From the NCBI RefSeq assembly GCF_001194135.2, contig NC_068989.1, forward strand, positions 95,802,746 through 95,866,745: DNA of 64,000 bases. Reading direction: 5' to 3'. A program made the translations under genes and the position numbers. Below the pieces are notes generated by a model, which was not told the DNA's origin, searched no databases, and was given only the letters and a program-made list of their open reading frames with translations. Source of the DNA: Octopus bimaculoides (taxonomy: Eukaryota). How positions within the stretch are numbered: the stretch's first letter is position 1; each line of letters opens with the position of its first letter. Positions 14,178-25,915 of this stretch are shown in pieces.

Positions 14178-14510
14178 GAAGGTGCATGGCACAGTGTTTA
14201 GAGCATTGGGCTCACAATCACAAGGTAGTGAGTTAGATTCTTGGACCAGGCTGTGTTGTGTTCTTGAGCAAGACACTTTAAATCATGCTGCTCCACTTCA
14301 TTCAGCTGTAGAGATGAGTTATGACGTCACTGGTGCCAAGCTGTATTGGCTTTGCCTCTCCCTTGGATAACATCAGTGACATGGGGAGGGGAGGCTGGTA
14401 TGCATGGGCGACTGCTGGTCTTCCATAAACAGCCTCCCCTGGACTTGTGTTTCAGAGAGTTACTTTCTAGTGCAATCCCATGATCATTCATGTCCGAAGG
14501 GGGTCTTTTA
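14178..14510 (+). mobile_element. tRNA-derived SINE (family A, near full length)
   Basis: Head gaaggtgcatggcacagtgtttagagc...; body ...ggtgccaagctgtattggc...gctggtatgcatgggcgactgctggtcttccataaaca. An inverted copy lies at 28590-28883. Confidence 0.85.
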
Positions 14511-17413
14511 TGTGGAGTACTGTAGCAGGTCAAGATAAGAAAGTGAAATTATATTAGCTGAAAGGTAACAGGTTATGTCTCATCTCTGTTATTCCCATTA
14601 AAACATTACCTTTAATGAGTCCATCAAGTTATAAACAAGCATTACAAGGACACCATAGATTTGGCTTTTGCTACATATTTCATACTTACTGACTACCATT
14701 CCAACTCTTAGAGAAACAAAAAATTTCATTCTATTCACAGTTCATTGCATATGTTTGAGAACAATTGCTGAATAATTCAAGCTTTTCCAAACGGAAAAGT
14801 TAGGGAATAAACATTCAACACCCTTCAAAATCTAAAAACAAGATAACAGCAAATCAATTTTAGAAACTTGGAGCATGATTAAATCTATCACAAAGTTGCT
14901 CATTTTCATAACTTTGGGCAGTTTTCACAAAGTCTTCTTCAACAACTTACTTCTTCACAACCCATTTGATTCACTAAAAACACAAGCAGATTAAACAATG
15001 GGTTGAATGATTCATCAACTAATTCACACCTGTCAGCCATCTTACACATCCTCTCCCAAAAGCTTCATAAATACACTGTACTTTGTATACTCCAAGGTTA
15101 AGTGGAATTCTCACTCCTCCTCACATTAACTAGTTGAACCTTTAACCTCAATAATTCAATATCTCTACAGCATTTTTTTTTTTTTGTGTGTGTGTTCCTT
15201 TTCAAGCATTTGACAGCACCGTTTTCATATAACATTAGCATAATCAAATCCTGTTTTACATCCTTCTGAAATCAATAAAATATGTACCAATCAATATTGA
15301 GTGGGGGTGGAATATAATCAACTGTTCTTTTCCCAAAATTTGTGGCCTTGTGCCTAATTTAGAAATCAATACTCATTAATCAATAGTGGTACTCTAGTAT
15401 GGTCACACAACCCACTAAAAGAGTAACTCAGTTAAACGGTTGTGAAACTTGCATCATTTTCAGACTTATGATAGAATAAACCAATCTTTTATATTCATAT
15501 TTTTATAACAGCTCTAATTTAATCTGCTTCTTATGATACCTCACTGTGTTTTGTGTGTATGAGGTCCAACCTCCCATATTCATTTCAGGCAACTACTGTG
15601 ACCTTTGCTGGAAGGCTAAATGCTTGCTATCACATGTCCAAAGCAAAACATCCAGATTAGCTTAGAGAAAGTGTATAATCCAGCTTATAGTAATGATAAA
15701 TTGCTTAAAAAAATCAATGTTAATGAAATACTGTGTGCAAATTGGACTACATATTTCTAGACAACATTCCATTCTTTTTTACTTTTAACATAAAATTGCT
15801 TGTAGTCATTTTATAGAATCTGTTCAATTAAAACTTGTAAAGACATTAAAATCAATATTCATACATAGTATTGTTTATAGTTATGAAGCAACCACAACAA
15901 CAATCAATCAATCAAGCTCAAGCAAAGCTAATTAGATATTGATCAATGGTTAAGGTAACAAAATATAGTTGTTTCTACTAATTAACAACTAACCAGTTCT
16001 TGTCAGGGACGTTTTCTGAAAATACCAGACGTTCTGTTTGCAATTTGAAATTTTTGTTCAAATAGTCACTATATGCTACATTAATAACCTGTTATAACAT
16101 TTTCATATTAATGAAAAATAAAAAAATTTAAAAAAAAAAACAATATTTTTGTTTTAAATTTCAATCAGTTATTAAATGAACCATTTGACATCTAAAATTT
16201 CAGATATATTTCAAATTATTTTCATATTTATAGCAAATTATCCAAAATCAGATTTAATATATTTTAAAGAGCTACAAGTTGATTGCTGTACAAGAACTAA
16301 AAATTATACAATATNNNNNNNNNNNNNNNNNNNNNNNNNNNNNNNNNNNNNNNNNNNNNNNNNNNNNNNNNNNNNNNNNNNNNNNNNNNNNNNNNNNNNN
16401 NNNNNNNNNNNNNNNATATATAATTCTCTTTAATCATGAAATTAAATGAAAACAAAAAACTTTAATGTTTTTACTAGAAAAACAACAAAAACTTGTAAAC
16501 CTCATGTTGACTTTCTCAGTAGTACATATTCGTTACATTTTAACAAGAATAATTTGGCAGGCAATAAAATATATACTTACATAAAATAAAATTTAACATC
16601 AGTTTATCTCAAAATAAATGATGTTTAATGTTATAATTATATACATGAACTGCCATCCAGACCTTTCTGAAAGCACATCAGATAACCTTGATTTGTTTGG
16701 GTTTTTTTCATGAAATTCAATGACTTACTACCAATTTTCAAAATAGCAACAATTATTAATTAAATTTCTCAATAAAGTTAGCCTAAGTTAATAACCATCT
16801 CAGACAACAAATATTTTGCCACCATTAAGAAAATACAATAATTTTTCTTGTTTTTATTCAGTAGCAATATTGAGCACATGGTGAATATATTTAATATCTT
16901 ACAGATAGGCATATTCTATAAAATACAAAATCAGTTAATAAAATAAAAATAGTTGGATATTTTCAATATTCTGTGAAATCATTTAAATAAGTCTATGTAA
17001 ATTTTTGGTCCTAGATCTAATATTAGACATAAGCATCATCTTCTGTCAAATACAGAGCAACTGGCCCCCTAAAACCACATATCTATAACCTATGGAGCAT
17101 GAGTACTTTTAAATATGCTTGTACAGTTTCATTTTCTATTCTATATGAACTGTGAATACTGTGCATAAATTATTCCTAGTTTTCTTTATGTTTGATTGTG
17201 ATGTGCTAGTTATATTTTACGTTCTTGAATATTGCTTATAAAAAGAACATTAGTTACATGCTACTTTTAATATATGGAACTAGTTCATGTCAGGCAGAAA
17301 TAGTCAAAAAACAACAGTTAGAGAGAGCAGTGTATGAGTCTTGGTATGATAAAAAGTAAAGCGTATGTAAGTATAATTTTAACAAAAAGGTGGATGAGGC
17401 ATGTGGACACTTA

Positions 17414-18906
17414 CAGCCAGAACCACGCTAATAGCTTAAGAGCGAAATTTAGGATTTCTCGGTTTTCTGTGAATTGGTTTTGATAAAACTTTTCCCAGCT
17501 GGTTTGCAAACTATGGCAACACCATTGTTATGTTTTCTCTATTCTGTGTAACATCCTTTCTTTTTTATTTCAGATTCTTCAGTTTTTCGGTGAACCATGC
17601 TAATAGCATCTCTCCTCTCTAAGAACAATGTGACATGGAAAAGGCTTTAACAATGGAGAAAAGTCTGTCATCATCAAGGAAAGTGCTAAAGGCACCTCTC
17701 TTCATGTCATTGCTGAAAAGTTAGGTCATCATGTGGACATGGTTAGACAATTCCTGAAGGACCATTTGCCAACGAAGGAATGATCCAATTGTGGGACGCT
17801 GGCTGCAAGTTACATGGGAAACCTGGACAAACAAGCAAAGCCATTTTCACTGCTTCTGGACTTCCTCGTGTACCAAAAGCCACCAGAAACTGCATCCTCG
17901 GAACCATGGCATCTGTGCGAGGACCCCTGAAACTGCCTCCTTTAACACCCTGTCACAGAAGTTTGAGGCTTCAATGTGCCCAAAAGTATATGACATTAGA
18001 CATGAGTAGTGTTCTGTTCACTGACAAAACTAGGACAACCCTTGATGGACTTAAGAGTTGAGCAAATGGTTGGGTCTATTTGGGAGATGAGTGTCACCAA
18101 CGTTTATGACATCAAAAACAGGGAGGAGGAGTCATGTTGTAGGCTGGTATCATTGGAGACAAACTTGTTGGCTTAGTCAGGGTGAGCCTGAAGGGGTTAA
18201 AGTGACTGCAATCTCCTGAAGGAGGTCTTGGATCCCTGGCTAGATGACATATCACTGTCACTTCTAAGGAATCTCATATTCATGCATGACAACACTCTCT
18301 CCCACTCTGCTAGGACCACCCAAACATTACTAGGGTCTTATGGCATACAAGGTAAAAGGTTGATGGTGTGGCTGCTAGCATCTCCAGATCTCATCCATAA
18401 CAAAAAAATCTTTGATCCATCATTAATCAAGATGTTTATGTCGATAGATGCAAATTTACATCGAAAGATGTCTTATGGGCAACCATCAAAGCTGCAGCTG
18501 AGGCAGTCTAGCCTGCTACTATTAAGAAACTGACAGATTCCATGGCTAATGGGGTTCTTGAAGTTATCCGTGGAAATGGCGCTCATGTGACTAAATAATT
18601 CATTATGTCAATAAATGTTATAATATTATTATGGTCTTCTGTTAAACATATTACTCAAAGTATGCTTAATATGCATCATTATCCTTCATTTTCTGAAAAA
18701 AAAAAATGCTTAGTCTATTTTCATTCAAAAGCTATTAACATAGTTCACCCAAAAACTGAAGACTGTGAAATAAAAAAAAAAAAAGGACGTTACACAGCAT
18801 AATGAAATATGTGCAGACCAGCTGGGAAAAGCTTTATTGAAAGTGATTCACAGAAAACCAAGAAATCTTTAATTTCACTCCTAAGCTATTAGCATGGTTC
18901 TGGGTG
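17414..18906 (+). mobile_element. Full-length, decayed Tc1/mariner DNA transposon with IR/DR-type long TIRs
   Basis: TA flanks at 17412-13 and 18907-08. The left end cagccagaaccacgctaatagctt...cccagctggtttgca is the inverted match of the right end. The 16-bp repeat gaaccaYgctaatagc occurs at both outer and inner ends of each TIR (17420-35, 17592-607; inverted at 18731-46, 18885-900). Confidence 0.93.
17628..18598 (+). pseudogene. Tc1-like DD34E transposase pseudogene
   Basis: Fragments read ...RLQCAQKY...VLFTD(K)..., GGGVM..AGII, IFMHDNTLSHSA, W..ASPDL, and C-terminal VLEVIRGNGAHVTK*. There are multiple stops and frameshifts. Confidence 0.9.
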
Positions 18907-19149
18907 TACAATGAAGACATTTCAAACTTCATGTATGTAATTATTGAACATTATATAGTAACGATGAGCTGAATGATTATTTGCTAAGCAGGTTTCTGTG
19001 TTTGGTTCTGAAAGAATTGCTAGATATTTTGTACCTGTCATAAAAAGCACTGGCTCCATGTAAAAAGTACCCAGTATACTCTGTACAGTGGCTGGCACTA
19101 GAAAGGGCAACCAACTGTAGAAATCGTGCCAAAACAGACAAATATTTGA

Positions 19150-21240
19150 CACTGGTAGTAATAGAAAGACACATGTAATTTCTTTACTTTTTTAAGCTGT
19201 TGCAGTTATCATGCATTCCTATGGTTCTAACATTTGCATTCTTTATGGTTTGTGAGATGTGCGCATAATTGAATGAAGGAGTCTGGATCCATGTTTAAAT
19301 TGGAAAGACTACTGTGTAGCTTGGGGATAGAAAGGATGGATTTTTCTTGGGTGTTAGAATGGCTATCATTTTGTAAGTTTGCCTATTTCTAGAAATTTAA
19401 CTGTGTCAATAGGTGCTGGTTCTCTTGTGAGCTATTTCTGATCTGAAGACTTGAGTTTCAGCATTTTCCTATTGCGTTATCAGTGTCTAAAGGGTGGGGT
19501 GGATCAAATTCATGGCAAGAAGTGTTCAAGTATATATCTTGCTTTTTTTTTTGCTTTTATCTTTGGACGTCTTCAGGGAGTCCTTTTTTTTTTGATAGGT
19601 GTTTGATAAAAGAGTTTGCCTATTGTTAGAAGGCCAGTATGTTACTTGATATAACCATGTGATGTAGTACAGTTGTTATTTAGATAATAGTTGCTTCTAA
19701 TTATATTGTACTTTTTTTTTAACATTGTAGTTTCGTTTGAATACATACATTTTTGTAAGTTTTCTGTTTCCCTTTTTTTTTTAATTTTTTAAAATTTTAT
19801 GTTAAGTTGCTTGATACTGAATTTTATTTCCATTGTGTTTTGTTATGTTTGAAATTGTGCCTGGCTTTTATCAGATGCGTTATCTCAGTTGTGTAATTGG
19901 CAATAAATATTTTTTAGGTTGCCTTATAAGAAAGTTTGTTTTTATTTTTTGCTTTCTTTTTGGCTGAGAGTTTTTAGTATCATATTGTTGAGTACATGTA
20001 CTGCAAAAGCTATGTTAGTGAAGATAGGATCACTGAATTCTACAAACCCTAATTGCTGGAAGAGTTCCCACTGATTTTTTGCTAAACTTTGTGGAAAATG
20101 CTTTTGTTGTATGTTACAATGATAATGAGTTATATAGGTTGTCAGAGTTGAGTTGGGGGATTGTTTGTCACATGGTTGTAGTAGCTAAGTGTAGAGCAGG
20201 AATTATAGTTAATGTGGTGACTTATATATATGTGGTAGTGTGTTCCTAGAAAGGCTTTGTCTGAGAATGTCAGTTTTTGAATGAACCACCTAGTAAGACA
20301 GTTGGTAGTATTATGCATATTGTATGAATGAATGAGTTTCATATCATTAATTTTTATTTTGAATATTTGCATATCTTGTGCATTGTCAAACCTCAGAAGT
20401 GATTGAAAGTTAGTTGAGCAAGGTATTAAATATACGTTAGGAGACTTTCACAATGTTTGGCCCATGGGCCTCACGGAAGTGTAATGAATAATAGAAGATC
20501 TTTTAAGATTACAGCTTTCTTGTATTATTGCAAAGTAAATTTCTTATGACATTTAGTTTCATAAAAGTGTATTTTATGTTGTTAGAGTTGTATTGCAAAA
20601 TCATTAGTTTTTTAAACTTTTTGTGCTATGATAGACAGCGAACATTGTCTACCTTGCTTAGTGGTGTATGATGCATGAGTAATGTGCCTAGAATTTGGCA
20701 TTCTGGCTATTGTTTAGCTCTGTTAGAGCAGATACACTTATGATCAAAAACTATTCCAGCTATGGTCTAATCAAATCTTCTGGATTGTCAAATGTGTACT
20801 CTCATACAATGACAGGATGTAGTTTGAGGGCAAGTTGGCTGCTATCACTAAGGAATCAAGCAACTATGTAGCAGTTCTTTGAGGTCTTTTTCACAACTCT
20901 TGGACAATGTGGCATGATAGTTGCCAGTATGGGAAACTTTAACAGAAAGAGAATGGTGATACGTCTGGTCTTCTGTGTTGTGATAGGGAATATGAGTTTT
21001 GGTGTAAGAATGCATTAGCCTCAAACTCTTGTGTTTTTCACATTTTTAATGTCTCCCTGCACAAAGTCACTTCACCTGCAAATGTTTTTCACAATTGATG
21101 TTGATCGATTTGTAATCATTCAATCAGTAGGCCAGAAGTGATATCTTTTCTTTCGGGTTTTTCTATTTCTAGAACCCCCTGACTTATGACACAGTATGAC
21201 ATTCAGATATCACTCACAACTAGTTTTCTTAGCAAAACAA
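19150..21240 (-). mobile_element. Probable highly decayed Penelope-like element (thumb/GIY-YIG region plus 3' hammerhead-like motif)
   Basis: Weak, frameshifted minus-strand similarity to the PLE C-terminus (KNIY.., ..YSNETT.., NNRQTLLSNT resembling LNKRSELLS). It is followed about 100 nt later by a hammerhead-like core at 19448-19483. Boundaries are approximate. Confidence 0.4.
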
Positions 21241-22057
21241 TAATGCAGTACATCTATTGCATTGTTCTATTAGCTACACTATGATATATGAGAAGAGTAT
21301 TTTATTCAAAACCCAAAGTAAATTGGTGGTGTTGGTGTCACATCCAAATAGCTGGAAGGAGAAATGCACATTGCAGGCCACAAAACGGATGTTTGATGGA
21401 TTCCCTGGATGCAGAAGGTGACAGAATAACCTCAACATTCTTGTCAGAAAGAACTTTTGAAAGCAATATCTTCGGCTTCATACAAAACAACCAATTGATA
21501 GCACCACTACACACACCTTCCCGTCTCCCAGGCGAAAGAGCAACCCACCTTTTTTTTCTTGATAGTCTATTATTTAGAATGTTTTGCTCCACCACACATC
21601 TCTGTTAAGACATTAAGGTGTAGTTTAAGGAAGATTTAGCTTATCACTCAAGTAAACCAAATGTCTGCTTAGAGATACTCGACCCACCACCAGCATCACC
21701 ACACAACATAACTTGAAAGAGCATGGTAAATCGCAATAAAGCCACAGGTAAAAATGGCACAATAAGCTTACTGAAATATACACTATTGGCAAAAGAAGTA
21801 GAATAAAGTTTTTACATANNNNNNNNNNTATATATATATATATATTATATTTATATGTATATATACATACACACATACACACCAGCTTATAGAAACTTAG
21901 TCATTACTTGTACACACTCCCAAACATGTGTATGTATAGCGCTATATGATACTATATATATATATATATTTACATACACACATACACATACATGCACACA
22001 CTTTCTCTTTCTTCCTCAGTGTGAATGTATGTATATATATATATATATATATATATA

Positions 22058-22258
22058 CATTCGAGTGAGGTCATTGCTAGTGCCGCTGGACTGGCTCCTG
22101 TGCAGGTGGCATGTAAAAAACACCATTTTGAGCGTGGCTGTTGCCAGTACTGCCTGACTGGCCCTCGTGCTGGTGGCACGTAAAAGCACCCACTACACTC
22201 TCAGAGTGATTGGCGTTAGGAAGGGCATCCAGCTGTAGAAACTCTGCCAGATCAGAGT
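22058..22258 (+). mobile_element. Truncated SINE/RTE-tail module with two 66-bp-type units
   Basis: tgccgctggactggctcctgtgcaggtggcatgtaaaaaacacc...cactacactctcagagtgattggcgttaggaagggcatccagctgtagaaac, the same module as 3496-4003. Confidence 0.8.
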
Positions 22259-22611
22259 GCCAACCACTCCGAGATAATATTTCATCTTTCTTTTCTTAGT
22301 CCGAAAGAAAAGCAGTACCTTTTAATCTTTCTTATTCATGGTCTATTACATTGTCCTGATTGATATCATTATCAATATAAAACTATAGGGCTTGGTAAAA
22401 CAAATACCAGTCTACTTTTATTTTAGCCTTCTACGAATTGAAACCATTCACTCAGGAAAGCATTAACTAGCCTGCAACAAAATTAATTGAAAAATCTGCA
22501 TTGTGTTCTGTTCTTCTTATTTGACATCATTATGTTGTAGAGTGACCATGGCCAAATTACTGAATGGTCAAAAAATAAAATGGATTTCTTTTGTTTCTAA
22601 ATAAATAAATA

Positions 22612-23400
22612 AACAAGAGCACTCAGTGAGCGCAAACCTCTGCCGAGGTAATACCAACATCCTCTGAATGATTAGCCAGAGATGATTTTTTAAATGAGAA
22701 TATCTGAAATAAACTCGTCTGCTCTCACAAACGAGAATACTAAAACTGAACCTGACCACTCTCAAACATTAAGTAAAAAAACAAAACCGGTAAAATAATC
22801 CAGAATCCATATCTGGTTCCTGATCAATACCAATGGTAATCATGGAATGTGATGGTGGCTGTAGAAAATTTAGTTACAGGACAAAATCACGCTTCAAAAT
22901 AGTTTCAAAGGCGGTGGAAATAAAGTTTCATTCAGGAATTTTTAAATGAAAAACACAAAACCTTTTGGTTTTCTCTTCCCTTAAATTCCGGTCTCCCTTT
23001 AGTATACCTGTTGTTTTAAATCGATGTATAGATGTATGTACATATGTGTTTATAAAAATATGATTGTGTTACTTAATTTCTGAACGGTTTTGCTGCTGTT
23101 TCTTGGTGTAATTTGATTTCTTTATCCATCAGATAGAGACATGAGTAAAATTAATAATAGAAAAACGAAAATAAAACTTTGGAAATGGCCGAAAGGGAGA
23201 TAATTGAGAAAGACTTGAAAGTCAACGTAAGATCGTAATCATGTAAAATAAATATAGCAAATTATCCAGAATTCTTGTCCGGTACTGGTTCGATCCCAAA
23301 ATCCAATCAGTTCGTGCCAGGCACGAGGCCAAACATCCCTTAAAGTTTCATCCGAATGTTGTCCACACATAAACAAATAAACAAGACGGCGGAGGTAATA
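22612..23400 (+). mobile_element. Helentron/DINE-1-like (HINE-type) non-autonomous element, interrupted
   Basis: 5' aacaagagcactcagtgagcgcaaacctctgccgagg and 3' (AAAC/AAAT)n-aagacggcggaggtaata form sub-terminal inverted cctcYgcc / ggcggagg motifs, with a short microsatellite before the 3' end. The internal motif atccagaat...ggtWc is duplicated at about 22797 and 23264. Confidence 0.6.
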
Positions 23401-25340
23401 ATCACTGACAATTGTATTGTACATCTTCAAAAATTTCATAAAGCTATGTGCATTATAAAGAAAGTTACATGAAAACAGAGTTGGTGCAGGGGTAACAAAA
23501 AGTAATTATCCCTACAAACATAACTTACATTCAGAAAACTTAAATATAAAGGATGAATACAATAAAGGAAGAAGATACATGAACGTAGGCAGAATGTAGG
23601 AACGAATGCACAATGAAATGAATCATATTTGCTTTTTTTCGAGCTGTAAGAGTCTGCTAAACTAATACATTAGTGCAGCTGTTGCTTTTAAAGTTAAAGT
23701 TTAGCAAAAGTTCGAACATTCGAAATAACATTTGCTGTTCTAAGTGGGTTAAATAACAACAGAATTTAAATAACAACAGGTGGAAATGTTAGCACAGATA
23801 TCTTAAATGATTAAAAAAAAATTAAAAACAAAAACAAATGTCATGCCGAAATGTCGCATCCTACAGAGATTACAGCTATATTTTTTATACCACTTTAAAT
23901 ATAACTTTTTTTTGTGAAAGTAGGAAACTTCATTTAGTAAAAATAAAAACTTGGTATATTGTGAGAGTCTGTGAATGATAATATAAATTATATTTTCTGC
24001 TTCACTTACGAAACTTGAATTTTAAAGTAATGGTTCACTTTTTTAAATTCACCTTTTAACAATTCAAAAGCTGAAGAAGCAACATACAATGATAGAAGGC
24101 CTGTCTGCTTCTTTTCAAATAAATAGTATAGGGAAATTATGCTATCCTATAAACGCCAAAATAGGCTGATCTACCAATTCTGGCCACAAAGACTTGATAA
24201 GAAGAATTCTTTTTATTAAGAATCGGTGCCAACCCTCTCGAATAACACCCAGTCATCCTCAAGTAAAAGACATTTACACAGTTGACTCCAAAAAGACATT
24301 TGGAATGCCTTTCATCATAGACATGTCGATTGGAGCAGACTCGGGGCTAAACAAACAAACAACAGCAATCATTATTCAAAACAAAAATAAAACAAACAAA
24401 AACCAGTAGAATGACATCTCATGAAGAGACTACCAGCCTAGCATTTTCATTTTTAGATATGATAAAGGTCAAAGGTTCAGAATTTCAAACTTCCTCAGCA
24501 GCTATTGGAATAAACAGAACATATATACTGAAGTAAGAATGGAAAATAGAAATGGAGATGAAACTAGTCTTTGGTGAAGTTCTATTTAACAACATAATTA
24601 TTTTCTTCTGTATTTAATATATTTTTTGCAAAATGTAAAATAACAACAAAAAAAGTTGTCATACATTTTTTTTTTATAAATCCACATCATGGCACTTTGT
24701 GTTAAACATATCACATCGCGTACTTTCAACAGCTAAAATGGCTGTATCTTTGTCACGTTAGGTCACCCTTATTGATCGCACTCTGAATTTTCCTGGCTCT
24801 TCATCTCATTCTATCTGAAGTTCATTGTTATCAAAGATTTTATTTATTTATCTTTTTTTAGCATCATGAGTATTTTAAACGGCACCGTACTATAACAGTC
24901 ATTTCTAAAATCGTGTCAATATTCAAGAAAATGCCTTGCAGCATTTAGTTGCGGCCTTTTATGCTCAGAGTTTTAATCCAACTAAGGTCAAGTTTGCCTT
25001 TCATCCATTTGGAAATCGATAAAATATAAAAAGTGCTGGGAACGATTTAATTGACTGCCAATACCCACCCCACAAAATTTTTTGCTTTCGAGAAGGAAAT
25101 TCCCTTCCACATTTTTAGCTAAACACTGACTTTTAACTGCATATGGCACAAAAACATGTCATATTAAGAAAGAAAATTTGTCTTGACCCCAAAACTGAAA
25201 AGACCTATTTCCCTATCCATAGACATATTTTATGTTTGGTTTGCCATACTCTTCAACGAGTCGCATATCATTTTGACAGTCTTTTCTCAGTTGGCATACA
25301 CACAGCAAGCAACAGATAATTTAGTTGTGTATACCTAGGC

Positions 25341-25356
25341 TCTCTCTGTCTGTCTG

Positions 25357-25427
<71 letters not shown>
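25341..25427. repeat. Compound (CT)n(TA)n microsatellite (similar at 28028-28125, 29792-29842, 39148-39207, 63955-64000)
   Basis: Direct inspection. Confidence 0.95.
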
Positions 25428-25430
<3 letters not shown>

Positions 25431-25739
25431 GATCGGTTGTATCAATAGTAGATAGTGAAAAAAAACAAAAACAAGACAATTTGGAGCCACGCCTCCTAAA
25501 TGACAACTTAATTGAGAAAACACTTCCTAATGTCTGTAGCAACTTCTTTCAGCCAAAACCATAAAACCACTATTTAATACATTACTGTTCAGCTTTTCAC
25601 CAAGAGAAACTTATGGAACTTTATGAAGATTGTATTAATTTGAGAGAAAGGTCTAAATTTATTATTTTCAATAGCATGTATACTTTATTCCTATTAAAAC
25701 TGGAAGGAATATGTTTAAAATATAATAAATATAATATAC

Positions 25740-25915
25740 AAGCACCCACTACACTCTCGGAGTGGTTGGCGTTAGGAAGGGCATCCATCTGTAGAAACTC
25801 TGCCAAATCAGATTGGAGCCTGGTGTAGCCATCTGGTTTCACCAGTCCTCAGTCAAATCGTCCAACCCATGCTAGCATGGAAAGCGGACGTTAAACGATG
25901 ATGATGATGATGATA
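25740..25915 (+). mobile_element. SINE/RTE-tail 3' fragment with (GAT)n tail
   Basis: cactacactctcggagtggttggcgttaggaagggc...catgctagcatggaaagcggacgttaaacgatgatgatgatg; CpGs are retained. Confidence 0.85.

Noticed and set aside
14690-14706. 17-nt minus-strand microexon-like signal (ctctaag|...|gtaagt)
   Set aside because: It is frame-breaking with an in-frame stop and at chance level for an AT-rich 40-kb intron.
23239-23439. Protein-looking ORF (DVWPRAWHELIGFWDR)
   Set aside because: It is the antisense of the Helentron-like repeat's 3' part.
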